From the NCBI GenBank assembly GCA_036351155.1, contig JAZBOO010000152.1:1-20752 (forward strand): DNA of 20,752 nt, read 5' to 3'. The first letter of the stretch is position 1. Each line of letters starts with the position of its first letter. The DNA is from Candidatus Krumholzibacteriia bacterium. GTDB lineage: Bacteria > Krumholzibacteriota > Krumholzibacteriia > LZORAL124-64-63. The translations under genes and the position numbers were made by a program. The notes beneath the pieces were generated by a model. That model did no database searches. It worked only from the letters and a program-made list of their open reading frames with translations, and was not told the origin of the DNA. Shown here piece after piece: positions 9,372 through 16,182 of this stretch.

Positions 9372-10409
9372 TCAAGTCTTGGGATTCAAAGCGGTCCTCA
9401 GAACTTCGATGCCCCGGAACGCGCGTTGATACCACATCCGCCGGGGGCCCAGCACGGCCAGTACGCCGCTGCGTCCCTCCAGGGTGAACCGGCCGGTCAG
9501 AACCGAGAAGGAGCGCAGCTGGCCCACCGGGTTTTCCTGTCCGATCCAGACCCCCACTCCCCCCTGGGCATGCTGGTCCAGGCTGCCCAGCGATTCACGG
9601 ATGGTCCGGGGCGATTCGATGAACCGCAGCAGGGCCTTCAGTGGTTCCGGGTCACGGAACTCCGGTTCGTCCAGAACCTTGCCCACCCCCTCGAGCTGGA
9701 TCTCGCTGTGGGCCGTTTCGGCAAACATGGCCTGGCTTTTCCGCGCCACCGCCGCCGCACAGCGGGTGGCCGGCGAGGGCATGAGGTCCGGCGATTCCAG
9801 GTCTCCCCGGCGAATCTCCTGGACGCTCAAGCCGCTGATTCTGCGGGTCAAGAGCTGGGCGGCTTGCTCGACCACCGGGTGAGCGTACTCCTCGGGCAGT
9901 TCGATCAGCCCCGTGCGAACCTGAGCGTTCTCCAGCAGCACCACCATCAGAACCCGCTGCAAGGTACGAGGATACAGATCCACCCGCACCGCCTTGACCG
10001 TGTCGAGGCTGGGAGCCAGGATGATGCTGATGTAGTCGGTCAGATCGCTCAGCAAGCGGGCCATGGACCGCACCCCATCGGGGCCGGCCGCCGCCACCGG
10101 AAAGCCCACATCCACCATTTTTTCCATGGGATCGGGACCCGTCCAGCGAGTCAGGGCATAATCGCCCTGAAAGCGGTCCACGAACACCCGGTACCCCGCA
10201 TCGGTGGGCAGACGCCCGGCCGAGGTGTGGGGCTGTTCCAGGTAACCCAGTTCTTCCAGTCGCTTCATGACCGAGCGGATGGTCGCCGAGGAGATCTCAC
10301 GCTGCAGGGAACGCTCCACCAGACCCGAGGACACAGGCCCTCCGGTCTCGATGTTCAAGCGCACCACGGCGTCGAGAATGTCTCGCGATCTCTCGTCAAT
10401 CCTGCTCAT
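9372..10409 (-). CDS. hrcA: Heat-inducible transcription repressor HrcA
   Basis: Winged-helix signature SSATIR.vM..LEELGYLEQPHTSAGRLPTDAGYRVFVD; C-terminal VWIGQEN and GVLAVLGPRRM.Y; upstream of grpE. Confidence 0.93.
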   Translation of the reverse strand: MSRIDERSRDILDAVVRLNIETGGPVSSGLVERSLQREISSATIRSVMKRLEELGYLEQPHTSAGRLPTDAGYRVFVDRFQGDYALTRWTGPDPMEKMVDVGFPVAAAGPDGVRSMARLLSDLTDYISIILAPSLDTVKAVRVDLYPRTLQRVLMVVLLENAQVRTGLIELPEEYAHPVVEQAAQLLTRRISGLSVQEIRRGDLESPDLMPSPATRCAAAVARKSQAMFAETAHSEIQLEGVGKVLDEPEFRDPEPLKALLRFIESPRTIRESLGSLDQHAQGGVGVWIGQENPVGQLRSFSVLTGRFTLEGRSGVLAVLGPRRMWYQRAFRGIEVLRTALNPKT

Positions 10410-10426
10410 TTACGCGACTTTCGCTG

Positions 10427-10466
10427 ATTTCCGGTCAAATCCGGACATTTCCGGTCCATTCGGGGC
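10427..10466. repeat. Four imperfect 10-bp tandem repeats in the hrcA leader
   Basis: Plus strand reads ATTTCCGGTC AAATCCGGAC ATTTCCGGTC CATTCGGGGC. Confidence 0.75.
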
Positions 10467-10470
10467 GCCC

Positions 10471-10500
10471 AAGGTAATCAAAGTGAATTCCAGGTGTCAA
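10471..10500 (-). promoter_or_regulatory. Putative sigma-70 promoter of hrcA-grpE-dnaJ
   Basis: Minus strand TTGACA (10495-10500)-N18-TACCTT (10471-10476) in the hemW-hrcA gap. The -35 lies within the inverted repeat CCAGGT-N4-ACCTGG (10490-10505). Confidence 0.6.
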
Positions 10501-10509
10501 CCTGGCCGG

Positions 10510-11643
10510 TCACAGTTTCTGGACCAGGCGCTCCTCCAGGCTGTCAATGCGCAAAAAACCCTTCCGGGTCAACACCAGCTTCCCCTTCAGCAGGTCCCAG
10601 AGGCCTTCCCGCTCGCCTCGGTCCAGTTCGAAGGTGCCCTGCGGGATCCATGCCAGCGGCAGCCCTTCCCGGGTCCTCAGGGCCAGGATGGCTTTTTCCA
10701 GGCGGCGGGCCGCGCGATCCAGAGGATCGATTTCCCCCACCGGCAGTTGCCCTTGCTCCACCGCGTTCAGCCAGTCGGAAATTCCGGCCAGGTTGGCGTG
10801 CCGACGCCTTCCCCAAGCCCCGTGAGCCCCGGGACCGAGGGCCAGCCAGGGCCGTCCCTGCCAGTAGGCCCGGTTGTGCCGGCTTTCATGCCCCGGCAAA
10901 GCGAAGTTGGCCACCTCGTACTGGGCGATCCCCAGCTGCTCCAGGTGTTCTCCGGCCGCCAGATACAGGGCCTCGGTGTGGCTGTCCGGAGGCAGGGCCA
11001 GTCGCCCGTCGTGGACGTCCCGGGCCAGGGCTGTCCCCTCGTGGACTTCAAGGATATAGAGGGAAAAGTGGGTCACCCCCAGATCCACCGCCTCGGACAG
11101 TTCCGCCAGCAGGTTCTTCTGCACCAGACCCGGACCGATGATCCAGTCGGCCGACACCCGCGCAAACCCCTCGGTGGCCAGACCCAGACCTCGGCGGGCG
11201 GTGGCCGGGTCGCAGGCGCGTCCCAGCAGGTCCAGCACGCCCCGGTCCAGGCTCTGCACGCCCAGGCTGATGCGATTGATCCCCGCGGCACGCCACGCCT
11301 TCACCTTTTCGGAGTTCAGCGACTCGGGATTGGCCTCGGCGGTCAATTCCAGGTCCGGTCCGTGAGCCAGGCGGTCCACCGTCCCGGTGATCAGTCGGGT
11401 CATGAGGTCGGGCTCCAGCTGGGAAGGCGTGCCCCCGCCCAGGTAGGCGGTGGCCAGTTGCCGCGTGCCTGACGTCAAGGAAGGGCAATGCTCCAGCCAG
11501 AGATCCATTTCCCGCCGGGCTCCTTCGACCCACCGCGTGCGCAGATCCAGGTCGTGCTGAGCCGTGCGTACAAAATGGCAATAGGAACAGATGGCCCCGC
11601 AGAACGGCACATGGATATAGAGTCCGAAGTCGCGTGGGGTCAC
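10510..11643 (-). CDS. hemW: Radical SAM heme chaperone HemW (HemN-like)
   Basis: LYIHVPFCGAICSYCHF (CxxxCxxC), YLGGGTPS, EANP, NRISLGVQS, YEVANFA...SRHNRAYW. The HNxxYW motif and position upstream of hrcA favour HemW over HemN. GTG start overlaps the lepB stop (GTGA). Confidence 0.9.
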   Translation of the reverse strand: MTPRDFGLYIHVPFCGAICSYCHFVRTAQHDLDLRTRWVEGARREMDLWLEHCPSLTSGTRQLATAYLGGGTPSQLEPDLMTRLITGTVDRLAHGPDLELTAEANPESLNSEKVKAWRAAGINRISLGVQSLDRGVLDLLGRACDPATARRGLGLATEGFARVSADWIIGPGLVQKNLLAELSEAVDLGVTHFSLYILEVHEGTALARDVHDGRLALPPDSHTEALYLAAGEHLEQLGIAQYEVANFALPGHESRHNRAYWQGRPWLALGPGAHGAWGRRRHANLAGISDWLNAVEQGQLPVGEIDPLDRAARRLEKAILALRTREGLPLAWIPQGTFELDRGEREGLWDLLKGKLVLTRKGFLRIDSLEERLVQKL

Positions 11644-12497
11644 CGGATCAGGTCACCCATCCGGTTCAACCGCGGCAGGTGGCGCTGGCTGTCCCAGGAG
11701 AAATAGATGACCACCGCGCGTCCCTTGATCAGGTTGGTGTCCAGAGGGCCCCAGTAGCGGCTGTCCGCACTGTTGAACCGGTTGTCACCCATCATGAAGA
11801 TGTGGCCTTCCGGCACCACGTAGGGCCGGGCAGCATTACCCCAGGGCCACCGGTGATTGCGGGGATTCGAAACGTAGGCCGCCTGGTCCTTCTTGGCCCG
11901 GGGCGCGGGGCAGGCCTCGGGATCGGTCCAGGTAGGTACACAGCTGTGGTCGCCATCGCGGTCGCCAAAGTTGCTTTCGTAGATCACGCCGTTGACGAAC
12001 AGGACCCCGTCCACCACCTCCACCGTGTCGCCGGCCACGGCCACACAGCGCTTGATGTAGTCCAGGTTCCGGTCCTCCGGATACTCGAAGACGATGATAT
12101 CGCCCTGGCTGGGCTCACTCCAGCCGGGCAGCTTCAGGACCGGCAATCCCTCGGCGATGGTCCAGTTCAAGAAGGGGATACGGATGCGCTCGGGCGTCTT
12201 GGCCCCGTAGGTGAATTTTTCCACGAACAGGAAGTCGCCGATCAGCAGGGTGTCCAGCATGCTGCCGGTGGGAATGCGAAAGGCCTGGAACACGAAGGTC
12301 TTCAGAATGAGAGCGATCAGCAGGGCCATGCCGATGGACTTGGCATACTCGCGCAGGGTGCTGTTCCGGGGATCCTTGGCCTTCCCTTTTTCTCCCGGCT
12401 TGGCGCCCTTCTTGGCCAGCTCACGCTCAAGCTTCCGCTTCTCCTTGCGGGAAAGCTCGGTGCTGTCGTTCTCGGGGCCGCTCTTCGGGTCTGACAT
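11640..12497 (-). CDS. lepB: Signal peptidase I
   Basis: Single TM segment then FRIPTGSMLDTLLIGDFLFV (catalytic Ser), DYIKRCVAVAGD (catalytic Lys), FMMGDNRFNSADSRYWG; follows lepA. Confidence 0.96.
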   Translation of the reverse strand: MSDPKSGPENDSTELSRKEKRKLERELAKKGAKPGEKGKAKDPRNSTLREYAKSIGMALLIALILKTFVFQAFRIPTGSMLDTLLIGDFLFVEKFTYGAKTPERIRIPFLNWTIAEGLPVLKLPGWSEPSQGDIIVFEYPEDRNLDYIKRCVAVAGDTVEVVDGVLFVNGVIYESNFGDRDGDHSCVPTWTDPEACPAPRAKKDQAAYVSNPRNHRWPWGNAARPYVVPEGHIFMMGDNRFNSADSRYWGPLDTNLIKGRAVVIYFSWDSQRHLPRLNRMGDLIR

Positions 12498-12511
12498 TTG
12501 CCTTGCTCCTT

Positions 12512-14317
12512 CTAGCGATCGACTTTCAGGACGGCCAGGAACGCTTCCTGGGGAATCTCCACCGAACCCACCTGCTTCATGCGCTTCTTGCCTTCCTTCT
12601 GCTTCTCCAGCAGCTTCCGCTTTCGTGAGATGTCACCGCCGTAACACTTGGCCGTCACGTTCTTGCGGAAGGCCTTGACCGTGGTCCGGGCCAGCACCCT
12701 GGTGCCCACGGCGGCCTGGATGGCCACGGCAAACATCTGACGCGGAATCAGCTCCTTCAGCTTCTGGCACAATTTCAGTCCCCAGCTGTAGGCGTTGTCC
12801 CGGTGCACGATGCAGGTCAGGGCGTCGACCATATCGCCGTTGATCATCAGGTTCAGGCGCACCAGGTTATCGGCCCGGTGGCAACGGTACTCGTAGTCCA
12901 GCGAAGCGTAGCCCTTGGTCACGCTCTTGAGCTTGTCGTAGTAATCGACCACCAGCTCGTTCAGCGGCAGATCGAACTCGATGTTCACACGCTCGGTGTC
13001 CAGGTATTCCATCTTGGTCTGGACACCCCGACGTTCCAGCGAGATCTGGATGACCGACCCGACGTATTCCTTGGGCGTGATCACCGCGGCGCGCACGATG
13101 GGTTCACGGATTTCGGTGATTTCCCGCTCGTCCGGCAAATTGGCCGGGTTCTCGCAGAGGACGACCTCACCGCTCTTCATCAGCACCTCGTACTCGACGT
13201 TGGGCAAGGTGGCGATCAGGCTCAGGTTGAACTCGCGTTCCAGACGCTCCTGGATGATTTCCATGTGGAGCAAGCCCAGGAAGCCGCAGCGAAAACCGAA
13301 CCCCAGCGCCGCGCTGGTTTCCTTTTCCCAGGTCAGCGAGGCGTCATTCATCTGAAGCTTTTGCAGAGCCTCGAACAGGTCGTCGTACTGGTCGTTGTCG
13401 GTGGGGTACAGCCCCGAGAAAACCATGGGCTTGGCCTCGGCGTAGCCGTCCAGAGGCACGGCGCACCGATTGTCCAGCAGGGTCACCGTTTCCCCCACCC
13501 GCACGTCACGCACGTCCTTGCTGCCGGTGGCGATATACCCCACCTCCCCGGCGGTCAGCTGCTTCTGCGGCATGCGTTTGAGGCGAAACCAGCCGATCTC
13601 TCCGGCCTCGAAGACCTTCTGGTTGTTGAAAAGGCTGATGCGGTCACCCTTCTTGATGGTCCCCTCGAACAGACGCACATAGGCCACCGCCCCCACGTAG
13701 GGGTCGAACACCGAGTCGAAGATCAGACCCTTGGGTGGGGCCGTGGGATCACCCGTGGGCGGAGGGACCTGGGCCACGATGGCTTCCAGAAGATCATCGA
13801 TACCCTGTCCGGTCTTGGCGCTGACCATCAGGATCTCGTCCGGATCGCAGCCGATCAGGTCGATGAACTGCTCGGCGATGAAATCGGGCCGGGCCGCCGG
13901 CAGATCGATCTTGTTGATCACCGGGATGATGGTCAGATCATGCTCCACCGCCAGGTACAGATTGTTGATGGTCTGGGCCTGCACGCCCTGCACCGCGTCG
14001 ACCACCAGCAGGGCGCCCTCACAGGCCGCCAGGCTGCGGCTCACCTCGTAGTGGAAATCCACGTGTCCCGGGGTGTCGATGAGATTCAGACACCAGGTGT
14101 TGCCCGCCTTGTCGGTGTGGTCCATGCGGATGGGGTGGCTCTTGATGGTGATCCCGCGCTCCCGCTCGAGATCCATCGAGTCCAGCACCTGTTCCTGCAG
14201 CTCCTTCCCCTTGAGGGTCCCGGTATGCTCCAGCAACCGATCGGCCAGCGTGCTCTTGCCGTGGTCGATATGGGCAATGATGCAGAAATTCCGCGTTGTT
14301 TCCATCGAGAAGGCCAT
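12512..14317 (-). CDS. lepA: Translation elongation factor 4 (LepA)
   Basis: RNFCIIAHIDHGKSTLADR, DLERERGITIK, LIDTPGHVDF, NKID, GFRCGFLGLLHMEI, KCYGGDISRKRKLLEKQKEGKKRMK. Start uncertain among ATGs at 14332, 14317 and 14305. Confidence 0.98.
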   Translation of the reverse strand: MAFSMETTRNFCIIAHIDHGKSTLADRLLEHTGTLKGKELQEQVLDSMDLERERGITIKSHPIRMDHTDKAGNTWCLNLIDTPGHVDFHYEVSRSLAACEGALLVVDAVQGVQAQTINNLYLAVEHDLTIIPVINKIDLPAARPDFIAEQFIDLIGCDPDEILMVSAKTGQGIDDLLEAIVAQVPPPTGDPTAPPKGLIFDSVFDPYVGAVAYVRLFEGTIKKGDRISLFNNQKVFEAGEIGWFRLKRMPQKQLTAGEVGYIATGSKDVRDVRVGETVTLLDNRCAVPLDGYAEAKPMVFSGLYPTDNDQYDDLFEALQKLQMNDASLTWEKETSAALGFGFRCGFLGLLHMEIIQERLEREFNLSLIATLPNVEYEVLMKSGEVVLCENPANLPDEREITEIREPIVRAAVITPKEYVGSVIQISLERRGVQTKMEYLDTERVNIEFDLPLNELVVDYYDKLKSVTKGYASLDYEYRCHRADNLVRLNLMINGDMVDALTCIVHRDNAYSWGLKLCQKLKELIPRQMFAVAIQAAVGTRVLARTTVKAFRKNVTAKCYGGDISRKRKLLEKQKEGKKRMKQVGSVEIPQEAFLAVLKVDR

Positions 14318-14384
14318 GTACCGGTCCGTCATTGGGGTTCAGGGTGCCGATCACCCTCTGAATCGTCAGCCAAAATCGCCCGCT

Positions 14385-14413
14385 AAGTTAAGCACATTGG
14401 CGATCCAGGACAA
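14385..14413 (-). promoter_or_regulatory. Putative sigma-70 promoter of lepA-lepB-hemW
   Basis: Minus strand TTGTCC (14408-14413)-N17-TAACTT (14385-14390), with an AT-rich tract just upstream. Confidence 0.55.
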
Positions 14414-14455
14414 ATATTGAAAAACACATCCAGATTGATCACGACCAGGAAAGGG

Positions 14456-15088
14456 TCAGAAACGCCAGCCGTGCTGGAAGACCACCAGGCTGGGCCCCTC
14501 GGCCTGGGTGGGCACGCCGTCCCCCAGGGGATCGAACTGTCCCTCCCAGTCGTTGGGCACGGGCACAGCATCCCGGTCGAAATTGAAAAGGTGAGCACCC
14601 ACGTAAGAATCCAGGGCAATGATCAGCAGCACACCCCCGCTCCACCAGGCAAAATCGCGCATCTGCTCCCAGTCTTCCTGGGCGATGGCGTCATAGCGGT
14701 CGCGATTGATGTTGCCCTGCTCGAAGGTGCGACTGAAATCCTTGGCCCGGACCGCACGGCGATCCCGCACCAGCAGATTGGTCCAGTAGAACATCTCCAG
14801 GCCGAAGGCCAGAGCGCCCTTCCAGTTGTTGTCGGTGTAGAGCTGGCCCCAGCCGGGAAAAACGGGGGTCATCAGGACCGCGGCGGTGGAGCTGACCCCG
14901 GTGGTCCAGTAGTCGGGAGTGGGCACCTCGACGTTCACCGTGGGGGGCAACTCACCGGTGCTCAGAGAATCGTCGGCCGCCGTGGCCAGACTGTCGGGCA
15001 GGGCCGCCGACATGGGCATGGGTTCCTGGGCCGCAGCAGGAACCGCGACCAGAACAACAAGAATCAGGAGAGCCCAGGATTTCCACAT
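14456..15088 (-). CDS. Exported/membrane protein, DUF5683-like
   Basis: Signal peptide MWKSWALLILVVLVAVPAAA; AVLMTPVFPGWGQLY...WK motif and IIALDSYVGAHLFNFD resemble DUF5683 proteins as I recall them. ATG overlaps the upstream stop (TGATG). Confidence 0.7.
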   Translation of the reverse strand: MWKSWALLILVVLVAVPAAAQEPMPMSAALPDSLATAADDSLSTGELPPTVNVEVPTPDYWTTGVSSTAAVLMTPVFPGWGQLYTDNNWKGALAFGLEMFYWTNLLVRDRRAVRAKDFSRTFEQGNINRDRYDAIAQEDWEQMRDFAWWSGGVLLIIALDSYVGAHLFNFDRDAVPVPNDWEGQFDPLGDGVPTQAEGPSLVVFQHGWRF

Positions 15089-15990
15089 CAGACCGATTGG
15101 CCGCCTTCCAGGGTCAGGACTTTCAGATTGCCGGGCTGCAGGGACAGAAGGTGTTCTCCCGCCGGAAGCATGCCCGGTTCGCCATCGCAATGGTAACCGA
15201 CAGCCTCGCTGCAGGTGAACCGGATACTGCCAGTGCGAACCAGATTGATGGCCTCATGTTCCAGTTTTTCGCCGCGAGACGCCGGCCCCAGCAAGCGCAG
15301 GGCCGTCCACAGACCCACCGGGCGGATCAGGCAGGCGTCCAGCAAACCGTCGTCAAACAGGGCATCTGGCGTGAACCGAAAGCCTCCACCGGTGGTGGTG
15401 CCGTTGCAGATTTCCGCCAGCAAGAACCGATCGGCGACCTTTTCCGGGCCCGCCGGGCCTTCCCACTCCCAGGTCACGTTCTGCCCGCGATACTTCAACA
15501 GGGTCCCCAGGGAAGCGACCAGGTAGCGCCTCCGTCCCAGCCAGCGCCACAGGCTCGCCGCCCGCAAGGACACCAGCCCGCTGGCCAGTAAACCCACCGA
15601 GTTGACGAAGAAACGATCGTTCAGCAGGCCCGTGTCGAATGACTGGATATGGCCCGCGCTGATGGCCTTCATCCCCAGGGTGACCGTGGGGCAACCGATG
15701 CCCATGGCGAAATCGTTCCCACTCCCCGAGGGTAGCACCCCCATGGGGCAGGCGGTCCCGGCCAGTCCCTTGGCCGTCTCGTGCACCGTGCCGTCTCCCC
15801 CCACCGCCACGACCAGGTCATGGTCCAGGGCCGCCTGCCGCGCCAGTTCCGTGGCATGCCCCGGACGTTCCGTGGGCAGGGCGTGGGCCGAAAACCCGGC
15901 CTTGTCCAGCAGGAACACAGCATCGTCCAGGGCCAGACGGCCCCGCCCGGTGCCGGCGTGGGGATTGGCAATGACGGCCACGTTTTTCAT
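15088..15990 (-). CDS. Diacylglycerol/lipid kinase family protein (YegS/Rv2252/BmrU)
   Basis: VIANPHAG, AVGGDGTVHE, LPSGSGNDFA, FVNSVGL, GGGF...DDGLLD, HCDGE motifs. Start at ATG 15990 (MKNVAVI); the ORF-track extension overlaps the tRNA. Confidence 0.92.
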   Translation of the reverse strand: MKNVAVIANPHAGTGRGRLALDDAVFLLDKAGFSAHALPTERPGHATELARQAALDHDLVVAVGGDGTVHETAKGLAGTACPMGVLPSGSGNDFAMGIGCPTVTLGMKAISAGHIQSFDTGLLNDRFFVNSVGLLASGLVSLRAASLWRWLGRRRYLVASLGTLLKYRGQNVTWEWEGPAGPEKVADRFLLAEICNGTTTGGGFRFTPDALFDDGLLDACLIRPVGLWTALRLLGPASRGEKLEHEAINLVRTGSIRFTCSEAVGYHCDGEPGMLPAGEHLLSLQPGNLKVLTLEGGQSV

Positions 15991-16027
15991 GGGGGTGTCC
16001 CGGTTGAATGCCAGGGAAGAAAAAAAG

Positions 16028-16125
16028 TGGCGGGAATGTGTGGGAATCGAACCCACCTCGGACGGTTATCGCGCCCGACAGAAGGATTTGAAGTCCCCGG
16101 AGCCCACCAGGACCCATTCATTCCC
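16028..16125 (-). tRNA. selC: tRNA-Sec (anticodon UCA)
   Basis: Minus strand reads GGGAATGA AT GGGTCC TGGT GGGCTC CGGGGA CTTCAAA TCCTTC TG TCGGGCG CGATAAC CGTCCGA G GTGGG TTCGATT CCCAC ACATTCCC G CCA. This gives 98 nt, an 8-position acceptor stem, a 6-bp D-stem with 4-nt loop, a TCA anticodon (16089-16091), a long variable arm, G73 and an encoded CCA. Confidence 0.95.
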
Positions 16126-16182
16126 GCCTAGCACGGGTATAGGATAAGCAACGGCCACGGTTTTCACCAGCACATCTTCCGG

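Noticed and set aside
10427..10466. CRISPR array or iterons
   Set aside because: The units are 10 bp, contiguous and spacer-less, and no cas or rep gene is nearby.
15991..16050. tRNA-Sec as an integration site for a genomic island
   Set aside because: I found no integrase and no duplicate of the tRNA 3' end in the window; ordinary genes follow directly.
16129..16182. Dedicated selC promoter (TATCCT/TATACC; TGGC..TTGC resembling a sigma-54 site)
   Set aside because: No properly spaced -35 was found and the GG/GC spacing is wrong for sigma-54, so it is too weak to call.
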